Below are positions 11,901-24,300 of a stretch of DNA of 45,164 nucleotides, piece by piece. A program made the position numbers and the translations under genes. The notes under the pieces are model-generated. The model saw only the letters and a program-made list of their open reading frames with translations, searched no databases and was not told the origin of the DNA. The DNA is from Phoronis australis (lineage: Eukaryota > Animalia > Phoronida). The stretch spans positions 142,510 through 187,673 of the forward strand of contig NMRA01000392.1 in assembly GCA_002633005.1 (NCBI GenBank), given 5' to 3'. Each line of letters starts with the position of its first letter. Positions within the stretch are counted from its first letter, which is position 1.

Positions 11901-14900
11901 AAAGTCTACGGCATTTTTAAATAGGTTAGATAAGTGAGCACATAATCGACTACACTGCATCCTCTAGGGGTGTGAATAGCTGATTTTCGAAATATTCGCG
12001 TCACACTGAAATTCACTATCCCGCCAGGCGGCGAAGGACATCATATCCCATGCATTTCCCATTGCGATGAAGAGTCCGTGGCTGCATAGTCGGTGGCTGA
12101 GACTGATAAATCGTAGAATTTCTATCCCAGGTGATATCAAAAAGCAAAAACAAATCGGATCGGTGAAAATCTAATTAAACAATGGGAGGGGTTGACAATC
12201 TTTTTTTAATGGGCAACTATATGTAGCAGTGAATTTCTGCCCAGCATGTTAGAATCGGGATCAAGCGGAAGTCAATTTCTCGCTGTCATTACGTGATTAT
12301 AGAGACGATACATCTTCCATACCCTTCAGTTATTTCTCTGACAGAGTACTCGAGTAAATATTCAATTGAACAGATACATGACCCTAGAGCCCCACCTGGC
12401 GGGCACAGNAGAAATTCACTATCCCCCCAGGCGGCGAAGGACATCATATCCCATGCATTTCCCATTGCGATAAAGAGTCCGTGGCTGCATAGTCGGTGGC
12501 TGAGACTGATAAATCGTAGAATTTCTATCCCAGGTGATTTCAAAAAGCAAAAACAAATCGGATCGGTGAAAATCTAATTAAACAATGGGCGGGGTTGACA
12601 ATCTTTTTTAGTGGGCAACTATATGTAGCAGTGAATTTCTGCCCAGCATGTTAGAATCGGGATCAAGCGGAAGTCGATTTCTCGCTGTCATTACGTGATT
12701 ACAGAGACGATACATCTTCCATACCCTTCAGTTATTTCTCTGACAGAGTACTCGAGTAAATATTCAATTGAACAGATACATGACCCTAGAGCCCCACCTG
12801 GCGGGCACAGCACAAGATAAAGCTTCAGCTGCTTATCTCGTCAAAAAATGGAAGGAGTTCGGCATTGAAGAGGCCTCTGTTGTCCCGTATGACGTGTTGC
12901 TGTCTTATCCGGGCAACGAAACCAGTCGTAATCAGGTAATACGGAACACGTAAGTCAAAGACACCTGTGTAAGCCAACTAGACGGCACGTGTATGATAAG
13001 CATGGTACACGTGAGTCTGATTTCCGTTTAGTAATGGACTATATTACTGAAAGTGATTTGGAAGAGAGATGGTTTACTTTAGTAATTTGTTTCTTGACTA
13101 TATATAAATACAATAGATTACATTACTTCCCAGTGATCAATACATTACTGCCCAGTAATCAAATTAAGGTTGCATCTAGGCAAAAGGTAAACACTGTTAC
13201 ATAGATCCATTTCGAAAAATATCAAAACAGTATACACATACATCCTTATCGAATAAAATCAAAACAGTATAGTATATGAATATACTTGTGCATACGCACA
13301 CACACGCACAAACACACGCGTACATTTACACGTTTAGCTTCGCAAATGAATACAAAAGTAGTTACATTAAGTTATGTGGGTCATAAAAGTGTAGTATGAC
13401 TAACAGCTGCAATGAAAGTTGGTATCGAGATGGAGAAAGTTTGCAATTTCACTTTGGAGGAATTGACTGGCATCATTATTCAAATTATGGAATTAAAGAA
13501 CCAAATCTTAAAGAACCTTACGTTGAAAGCCTTTAATTTTGCCTTTTATGTAGCCGAAAGCCTCTAATGTCTGGAACAACAAATCGCGCAAAGGAATTAT
13601 TCACAGAGGACTAAAAAGTAGGTGAATACTGGCGTGATCACATTAGAGGTGGTCTTCGTAGGCATCATCAACTGGTCTAGAGCACCAAATTTTCCCAATG
13701 CAATGATTACGTTGTTAAATATAGGCTTTCTGAGTTCAAGTTCTCATTCATAACTTCAAATCACTATGCATCACTGGCTTTTTTATTTGGTCAGGCCTTT
13801 ATTTATGCCAGCGACAATTCAATCTACCACGAGACGGCAAAAATGGAAAAGATCCTTGACCAAGATCAGAATAATTCTCTTGTGGTGCCGCCCTTTAATG
13901 CTTACACAAAAGCAGGAACACCTGAGGTGAGTTTCTTTAATCATCCCCAACGCAGTTTCTTCGGAAGATGGCTATTAGGGAAACTTGTACATACGAAACT
14001 CGCTGAGCCGATCAGACCATTAGAAGTACGTAGTTTTTGAGCGAGTACATGTCTACGAGTAAAAGTTTTACTCATGTCATGACACACTACCAGTGTAATG
14101 GAGCATATTTCTCGCTAACTGTGAATAAATTTGGTAAATTTCTTTGGGGAGATCCTCCGAATCCCCGTAAGATGCCCCCTGCCTTGCTCTTCGGGAATTG
14201 CCTAAAAATTACATACTCAGAATTTCGGATTTGAAGTCTTGTAACTTAATAACCGGCAGCAAATGCATGCAGTGTGTGCCTTTAGTTTTTAAGCTGCGTT
14301 GCATTGTGATGACCCCAACATGTCAAGTTTATGTTCTTCTGGTAATCAACAAGTGTTCTGATTTACATGTTCATATATTTACCTGTACGAAAATCTCTCG
14401 ATTTGTGGGTGATTTTATTATTATACGGTAATTTTGTGAGAAATTGATGATGTTTTGATGCCGGCTAATATTTGTGAAAACCTCTATCACCCAGTTCCAG
14501 CTTGTTCAGTGATCTAGTTAATCATACTATCCGATGGATGTCACCGCACCTCCAAGTCGAGTATTGAGCGTACTATCTGTTCACTCGTCCCTTTATGCAT
14601 ACTTCGGAGCTCTCTAGGTAACCCTTGACCACGTAAAAAGGGGGCAGTGGTGCCAAACTTGTATTAGATTACGTCTACACCTTCGCTACAGACATAACTT
14701 GGTGACCTCGTGAGACGTGCGTTATAGAACTGCTGAAGTCCCCCTGGAAGTGGTTCCTTGAGTGTACAGTGTTGACATGCCTGCTCGTAAAGAACACAAC
14801 ACCCAGACACAAAATTAAAGATGAAGTAGACCGATGGACAAATCTCGATGCCATCTTCCCACTCCATGGACAGTCAAATGGCTGCAACTGGGAAGAAAAA

Positions 14901-17900
14901 CGGCCAACGGCCTCGACTCAAGTGAACTTAACAAGGCTATTGGAATGGACAACAACTTGAGTCAAGCCCTCTCGAAAACTGACTGCGCTCTAATCTTGGT
15001 TTGGTGGTCGATACCAGTGATACCAAACTTGCTAAATATTTGCAACGCTCCAAATGAAGGTCTTTCAACCCGGTAGCTCAGCCGAACAATTATTTGGTAG
15101 GAGGACCAAAAGTCCCGTTTCAACTACGTCAAAAATCCTGTTCTCACCCGATCAAAACCACGTCGAACGTCAGATTATGTTGACCGTCTTAATCAGCCTA
15201 GAAGAGATTTGTATATCCCCCAAGCCATTGGCAATGTCTATATGTAGCCTAACCAATGAAGTCGATTGGAGTGGAAACCCACAGCTGTGAAAAAAACGGT
15301 TTTCCAACAGGTAGCAGGAAGTTCAGTGTGCAGATGGCCATTCCTTCGTACGCAACCGACAGTTCCTGCGCAAGTCCGATGCCACCGAGGATATAGCCAA
15401 GGAACACAGCGGTACCACAGCCTACTCACCATCCACGGCCTGCTGCCAGACAAATAATCCAGACAGAGCCTACTCATACATTAGATTGCAAATAGTTTAT
15501 CCCGTTCAATCCGCCATCTTTTTGACCACATCACGTGACCTACTGTATATAAGTTCGAAAAGATTTCTGCCCCCTACCGGAACTCGAATCTAGGACCTTC
15601 TGTGTCTGACCAGTGGTCCCGATGGCTCAGTAGCTACAGCGTCTGCACGGTTAGCAGAAGGTCCTGGGTCGAGTCCCGGTCGGGGACAGAAATCTTTTCG
15701 GACTTATATACTTTAGGTCACGTGAAGTGATCAAAAAGATGGCGGATTGAACGGGATAAACTACTTGCTACATATTCCACGCCTCACTGAAAAAGATGAT
15801 ATTTACATCCTACATTGGAGACGTGCGGTATGCGATTCGGGTGATCTGTAAAGCCATCATCGAGAGATGTGAACTATAGGGCTGCCAATCATTCTCCAGT
15901 TTGAAAGTCACATAATAGTATGAGAGAAGTCCGCTCATACGCAGATAAGACTCTCCTCCTAGGCGAAATTTGAGTTGAAGGAAACGCCCGGTGTTTCCGA
16001 ATGTGACTATTTCGTCTGGAATACCTCGGGTATTTACGTGGCCTGGACTCAATTTTCCAAAATCTTCTTCGCGTGAGTGGAATTCGGTGGTACGATAAGC
16101 GTGTGACTGTGACGTTCGCACAAAAGGAAATTTTAGGCTTTGGCAATACTAGATGTGTTCCGGATGATCATTGGTTATTTTTTCGCGGCATGGAAATTTA
16201 CCTGCATATCTTCAGCACATAAAATGAAGTGGTAACGGCATTGACGTAGCTTGGAGAATTCCCTGTCAAGATGAATTGTTGATACGTTTATTCGTCAGTA
16301 CACCTTCAGGGGAAGCCGAAGTAATCCCATGCGACTACAAATCCTCGGTGTAGTGGGTGAGACTCCGACCTCAAAATATCGTTTTCATGAGATTCGAAAT
16401 GTCTTCATACACCAGTTTGGTCACATGATTTCGACATTCTGACCCTACAATTTGATCATCATCCCTTGTCAGTGTGAAAGGAGCTTGCTACACACTGTTC
16501 GCGACAAAGTCAAACAAGTAGATTGGCAACTTCATTCTGTTTCCCATGATTGTGTCTCCTGTGCTAAATTAATAACGTGTATCTTATATTGTAGAGCAAC
16601 GAGTTATACTATGTAAACTATGGGCGCATCGAAGACTACATCTTCCTTACCAGAAATCTTTCAATTAACATCACGGGTAAAATAGTCATCACCAGGTATG
16701 GGAAGATTTTCAGAGGCGATAAGGTAGGTTTTAAGAGCTCGATTAACCTTATCGGGACATAAATGTTTAGCAAATCTCCTAGTCAAGAACCGAGTTTCCT
16801 GAAAACTTTTCATCCACCTGTTTTGGAAACGCCTGTACAGTAACTAGATGAAATTATAAGTTCAGTACGTGATGACCAAAAGAATACGGACTTAATTGGT
16901 CATTTGAGTTTTCCACTTAGTTGAGGCACTGATGGGTTAAGTTCCTACCACTGGTATAGGTCATTGTTTGGAGAGCCCTCGAGTCAACTCAGATGATACG
17001 GGTTTGTTTCGTGTCCCCACCGCCTGTTGGTGTGACGCGGAGAACACGCTATTCACGATTCTCGGTCTGTATGTCACGTACATTTGTACGCCACTTATGT
17101 CACCCTGGAATTGTTAACATGTTATCTGTAGCAGGAAGTTTTGTATTCTGTTCATATTTTGCACCAATGTGTAGGTGCAGAATCTCCGGGACTTAGTTCC
17201 AAAAGATGCAAGAATCTCGAGAAGGAAGCTAGTGTGATCACGACATTTCTTTCGAAGTCTTGCAAGGTCTTGCGTCTGTACGAGGTTCTAGTGTCCACGG
17301 AACGCACTCCTGGCGCCACTTATGTTTGATAACCTTGGCATTAATTTCAAGGTCACAGTGAGAAAATCAATGTTGACTTCGAAAAATGTTGGCGTGATTT
17401 GTTAAGAGATTCAGTATTAATTAGATTATCTTCATAGTTATTACGTATGCTTACTTAACTTGAGCGAGTCCAGGTGTCAGTCGATTTTGGCGACCTTGAC
17501 TCCGTTTTGAAGGTCATTGCACAAAATTAAGCTTTTTGCGAGAATATCTCAAGAATTCAAGGTGCGGGTTATGTCCGTATTGTGTACCGAGGTGTAGGTG
17601 GGGCATCTTCAAACGCCAGTCAATTTTGGTGACCTTGACTTCGTTTTCAAGATCGTAGCAAGAAATATTGAAGCTACAATGGTACATAACATCATTCATT
17701 GTATAAAAGTTCATTATTCAAAGTAAAAAACTTTTATTTAAAAATGTTGGTAATTGTGGCTGATGTATTGGAAATTATACGTAGTTTGTAACTGTATTAT
17801 CAGGTACGTCACGCGGACATGTACGGCGCAGCTGGTATGTTGCTGTACTCTGACCCTAAAGACTACGCCCCTGACCCTAATGTCGAGGTGTTCCCGAAGT

Positions 17901-20900
17901 CTTGGTGGCTCCCTGGTACTGGAGTACAACGAGGCACGGCAATGATTGGGGATGGTGACCCGCAAACGCCTGGATACCCATCTACAGGTAAGTTACCACA
18001 ACCAATGAGCACGTTGAATGCCAGCAATGACGGTGATAATGACGAAGATAATGGAAACTAAAGTATATAGGTTACTATGCATGTTGACGAAGTACTTGGT
18101 AAAGATGGAGGTGAAGGTCAATGACGACATTCACTACCATTATTGGCAACTTTGCCTTTATTTGTCGCCATTACACAGGCAGTTCTGGGAGTGATAGACC
18201 ACAATTTCATCAGCTCAGTTTGGCGACCTGCAAAGATAGGAAGGTCAAGTTAGTGAAATTTTCCTCAGTCCGCCAGTTTTTCTCTTCACAAAACTCGTGT
18301 ATACCATTTCCGGCCCTCACTAACTATGCGTTGTTTGAGGGGCCAGGATATTCGCAAAAACAACCTTTATGACGTTTCTTTGTTTTGTCGACCTCAGTTC
18401 CCGTTTAGCCAATTGTGAATTTTGTCAGATCGCATTCGGCGAGTTGACGTTAAGGCAAAGCGTCGAGCCCTGCTCATCTATGGCCTACTGACCCCGGTAA
18501 CGTTCGGTTCTGCCTGGAGGGGAGGAGGGATGCAGACCGCCTCAGCATCACAAGCCATACCATTATCGTAATGGCCAGTCATAAGTAGTCGTATTATTGC
18601 CACTAACGTTATTTTCATCGTCACAATGATACTGGTAATAATACTGGTAATAATAATAATAATGACGATGATGATGATACTCAATGGTGACGCTTGACTG
18701 ATCGTCCCTCTTCTTATCACAGATTATGCGTACAGATACGATACCAGCAGTAAAGAGGTGCAAGGCATGCTGCCACAGATCCCTTGTCATCCTATTGGAT
18801 ATGACGATGCTAGGTTTTTCCTAGAAAGTATGACTGGACAAGAAGTCCCAGAAAGTTGGAGGGGAGATCTCAATGTTACTTACAAATATGGCGGTGTTCT
18901 CAAAGACGGTCGGTAGGAAGAGTTTGTATCACGTGGCCAGTTCTTTTAATTAAAATTGTGCTTCTTTGTAGAGGACTTAGTTTTATCTATAGAAACACCT
19001 GTCTAGATACAACATCTTAAGAACTGATAGTAGAATGAATAATCATGTCACTGATTCCGTTAGAATATGAATAAGGATAAGTTAGCTTTCGGAGTCATGA
19101 AGTTTATATACAGACCACTAACTTTCGCTCTCATCTCGAGACTTTCGTCGTTTGGATGGCAGCACTTGTGTCTGTTACATCATTGTCATGAGTCATGCGA
19201 TGAGATCTCTGTCGGATCGTTGGGAATAAGTTCTGCTAGATGGCGGGAAGCTCGTAGCCCGAGTCTCTGTTAAGTGATAGAGCGTGTCAGTGGATTTCCA
19301 CCGCTTCACGNNNNNNNNNNNNNNNNNNNNNNNNNNNNNNNNNNNNNNNNNNNNNNNNNNNNNNNNNNNNNNNNNNNNNNNNNNNNNNNNNNNNNNNNNN
19401 NNNNNNNNNNNNNNNNNNNNNNNNNNNNNNNNNNNNNNNNNNNNNNNNNNNNNNNNNNNNNNNNNNNNNNNNNNNNNNNNNNNNNNNNNNNNNNNNNNNN
19501 NNNNNNNNNNNNNNNNNNNNNNNNNNNNNNNNNNNNNNNNNNNNNNNNNNNNNNNNNNNNNNNNNNNNNNNNNNNNNNNNNNNNNNNNNNNNNNNNNNNN
19601 NNNNNNNNNNNNNNNNNNNNNNNNNNNNNNNNNNNNNNNNNNNNNNNNNNNNNNNNNNNNNNNNNNNNNNNNNNNNNNNNNNNNNNNNNNNNNNNNNNNN
19701 NNNNNNNNNNNNNNNNNNNNNNNNNNNNNNNNNNNNNNNNNNNNNNNNNNNNNNNNNNNNNNNNNNNNNNNNNNNNNNNNNNNNNNNNNNNNNNNNNNNN
19801 NNNNNNNNNNNNNNNNNNNNNNNNNNNNNNNNNNNNNNNNNNNNNNNNNNNNNNNNNNNNNNNNNNNNNNNNNNNNNNNNNNNNNNNNNNNNNNNNNNNN
19901 NNNNNNNNNNNNNNNNNNNNNNNGCATTCCACCAGACGAAGGTCTCGAGATGAGACCGAAAGCTAATGGTCTCTTTATAAACTTCATGAGTCCGAAAGGT
20001 AACTCATCATTATTCATCCTATCTAATGTTTGCAAACGTACGATGTCTGACGAGTGACGTATAACACTTGTTTCTCAATTGACTGAATAGATTTGACACG
20101 GTATATTATTTCAGTGCAATGACCGATAACTCTTTAGGTCAAAATTGTCTTCCTCTTGTCAACTGCATAATAGAACCTAAGTAAAGCTGAGATTGAAAGC
20201 TTTAAAATGAAAATTGATCAATTTTGACAGTAGGCTTTCCGCTAAGACGGCAGTCGCTAGTCGTGTTATCATGTGTAATTAGGATTGCTAAATGAAAACA
20301 ACGTAAAGAACAAAAAAATTCCATGGATCAAAACAATAGTTTTAAAATATGGTGCATTTAAGGGTTTAATAGAACCTAATGAGACGATTTCAGTTTTAAA
20401 AATCAACTTGTAGGCCTATCACATCTTTGTCGTGACCTTGACCTCTGAGCGTTTACTGTCATTTGACTTCAGAAGTGTTAAAGTGGCTGTTTACAACAAG
20501 GAAGAAGTGAAGACAACGTACAATGCTGTTAGCGTTATACGAGGAGCCTACGAACCAGGTGAGGGGTGTCTCTTATACAGGAAGACAGTTTTTCATTTAG
20601 TCTTTCCTGAACTACTGAAGAAGTTGGGGAGTAGTCTACTTTCACAGTTAGTACTTGAAGGATGTGTTACTTTTTTAACCTCAACCATGGGCGGCGGGCA
20701 CTGAAAAAATGGAGGCTATTGCCCCCTCCCCTCCCCACCCCTCCCAGCCTACTATGGTGCGCCGCTCACATCAATATTCTAAAATAGCGTTCAAATTCTA
20801 CCTGGCTGAACATATTATTCGCAACCGTCAGTTCGTACGTCTGTACGTCGGACAATGTTCTTGACAGCATGCCTTGCGGCCGAAGCTTTAGATTTTGTTC

Positions 20901-21328
20901 ATAGTTTGTACCAATGTGTAGGAGGGACACCAGTTGGTTTTGCAGACTTTGACATCATTTTTAATGTCACAGTAAGAAAATCATGTTTTGACGCGTATGT
21001 CAAAGGGTTTTGGTGATAGAGCAGCGGACGGCGGACGGACGGGTGGACGGACGGACGGAGATGACGGCATAAGAATATGGGGGCGCATAACAATGCGTAA
21101 CACCTACCTTTTGATGAACATCGCATTTTTTATACTTTCATTGCATAAAGATAGGTTTCAGTTTTTCAGTTAATTTTAAACATAACATGATCACTAAGCT
21201 GTGGTATGGTTACAAAAGATGACACGTATGGTGTAGTTGCAAAAATAACTCGAAATTCTTTTTCTAGCTTCATAAATCCAAGTATCATGTTTGAACAACC
21301 ACAAACCTCCCTCCCTCCCTCACTCCCG

Positions 21329-21383
<55 letters not shown>

Positions 21384-24300
21384 TCTCTCTCCCCCATGCA
21401 TATAATATTTCGAAGGCACATACCACATTGCTTCTCAGACCTACGTAGTCCATGTTACGCAATAACTTCATGCACACACATGTCTCGGTGTCACTCCATT
21501 GTAGCTATCTAAACTTAGGGTACCTCAACGACAGGATGGCCAAGTTCAGAGTCTGGGTGAAATGTTGTGATTGGCTCGTGTTATAAACCAGCCTTTGCTG
21601 AAACATTGTTTCTATCTATTTTTGTAATACCTTTGATAGAATCTGTCTTCATGAAATGTTGAGATGTGCGCGAAATCAAAGAAGGTGGCGCAACTGCAGG
21701 TTTTCAAAATCTCTGTATTCGCCTAACTACTTCCGGGCGAAGCTATTTGGCGACCTCGACTTCGTTTTTAAGGTGATAGTGAGAAGCATGGCATCATACT
21801 CTCTATAAAACTTCATTTTTAAAGAGAATAATTTCTCATATGAAAGGGGAAATTGTAATTCACGGATCATTATCAGATGTGTAGGAAATAAAGTGCCGAA
21901 AAGATATTCGTAAAAATTCATTATCACATAAAATTATAGCGTGCATCCTCGAGTGGTATGGGAACAGTTTTTTCACACTGTGACAAGTCCTTGTTGTTCC
22001 TTAATACAGATCGCTACGTAATACTCGGTAACCACCACGATGCTTGGGTATTTGGAGCAGTTGATCCAACGAGCGGCACGGCGACTCTGTTGGAGGTATC
22101 TCGAGTGTTCGCCCAACTCTACAAGTCAGGTACCTGTAAACTGTTGGCCAGAATTATTTTCGCTCATACTTGTTGACAGATAAAGGACTTTTAATATATA
22201 CTTGAACATTTGTTACAAAGAGGGAGTAGTTGGGCAGAAGCCCTTAACGTACCTGCTAGTGTCTATTACTACAGCACTGCCGTGTTGAAAATTTCTTACT
22301 ATACAGAAGGACTCGTGTAACAACATCGACAGCTTGCTTAGTTGAAGCGCCAACGTAATGGCAATTTGTAGATCTAGGCTTCTCTCGGTGTTATGCATTG
22401 GCCTGAATATGTGATATCCATGAATTCGTGAAGTATAGTGGAAGAAGTTCGTAGGCATTTTTCACGTGAAAGGAACTCACTCGGCAACTGGTATATGTTG
22501 CAGGTCACCACAATTTATATTCTGTCACAAGTCAAAAATACAATATCTGGTTGCTTTCGCTGCAGTTTCCTGTAGGCTAGATTTTCTCGTGGTGTCATAG
22601 TAAAGTTGTCTTCAAGTACTAGGTGTGCACTAAAGTTACTGCTATGCGAAATTCTAAATTAAAGGTGTAATCATAATCGGATCCGCGTTCCGTCGAAGAA
22701 ACTAACTTTTGATTTAGTTCCGCGAATGAAAGTGAATTTTGGTCTTGCAAAGATGTGGCAGTTTGTCTTTGACCTTAATCTAATACTTTCTTGGCGAATA
22801 AAACGACGCGCTGTGGCAAGTCCACTTTGACTCTTTAAATCTAATCTCAAAAATAACGCGCTGTCAGTTCTTTCCTGAGCCATAAGTAGTTTGACTAAGG
22901 GACAATTAGAGGCCATTTTTGTAATCACAGGTTGTTGTTTTTGTCATGAAATTCGGACTCATGGCAGCCGTTTTAAGTTATGCCAATCACTCGTTTGCGT
23001 CTAATTTGCTTTAGACGTGTTCTTTTGCTGTTCTTGCAGGATGGCGTCCAAGGAGATCAATTGTATTTTGTCATTGGGCAGCAGAAGAATACGGACTGAT
23101 AGGATCTAACGAATGGGTCGAGGTAATTTATCTTTTTAAATACAATCCAGGAAAAGAATTTGGCATTGTATTTTTTCACTCATTTCTTTGCATCCATTCC
23201 CTACTAATAAGACCGAATTCAGTAGTTATTGGCAATTTTGTGGACTCCTTAATTTGATCGTCCATCATTGCAGCTTGGATTAGAAGCGTGGCGTCTGTTT
23301 CAGGAAAATTGGCTGAAGGCTTAAGTCTTATGCTCCACACAACTACTTCTGACAAAATATTTGCTCTCATGTGAGCAAAGTGCAAAGTCTCTGAGACTAT
23401 ACACATAACCGACAGTTACTAAGAAAATTTTATAAGCTATTTCGAGATTGTGGTGTGCTCATATAGCTACTTGGCTGAATATTTATTCAGCAATTATGAA
23501 GTGGGAGCGCAAAATTGATTATTTAGTCGCTTTCCATCATACCGACCCCTGTCGTCGGTTGCATGAAACCGTAGTCCCGATAGAGACTCAGGGATGTTTC
23601 TTAAATTTTCAGCTCGTTTGTAAACTTTGCTTACTCACTATTATTATATGTCTATCAATTTTCCTTGATTATGAGCTCCTTTTCTAATATTATATGTGAA
23701 AACAGAGCCCTTGGATCAATGAAGATAAATGTGGTCCATGATTTTTTAATATTTAACATCAATATGTAAAACAGTATAATATGATATTATTTGCCAAAAC
23801 AAAAGTTTGCTTATTGCGCAAAAATATTTCAAGAAGAAGGTTATGACTTTGAAAGTGATTGTTGGAAAATTTTATATTCATTGTCTTTTAAAACTACTTT
23901 TGATTTCAAGTTTTGTACATTGCAGTTTAAAATATTACATAGATTGCAACGAATTCTTTTCTAAAAAAATAATTTTGTGGACTCTGATATATATACTTTC
24001 TGCCAGTCACAAACTGAAACAGTAGGTAAACATCCTTTTTGAATGTGATAACAAAAAATGTCGATAGAACTACTTGTTGTCTGTAAAAAGTATCAATTTG
24101 ATTATTGACAAACACAATAGTTTTTGGCTTCCCATAAGTAACGAAAATAAAGTTTTAAATTGGATTCTGTTGCAATTATTCTTTTACTTACGTATCTAAG
24201 TAAAAAAGTAACCCCCAGTTTCTGTTATTTTTTGAGATATTAGAAAGAGAATTTTATATTCAAAGAAGAATTGTATTAAAAAATGTAATTTAGATGAATA

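Larger units (their letters stand above)
19067..20017. mobile_element. Inverted pair of about 94-bp repeats flanking an assembly gap, each with a degenerate minimal hammerhead motif (Penelope-like pLTR-type)
   Basis: The reverse complement of 19067-19160 matches 19924-20017. Confidence 0.6.

Noticed and set aside
15616-15688. Functional tRNA-Thr(GGT)
   Set aside because: Lacks U33, has a short T-loop and a bulged acceptor stem, and is embedded in a palindromic repeat.
19193-20057. Long ORFs here and at 34138-35163 and 38883-39819
   Set aside because: Artefacts of N runs translated as X.
20047-20075. CTGACGA-GTG..CAC hammerhead start
   Set aside because: No GAAA after stem II.
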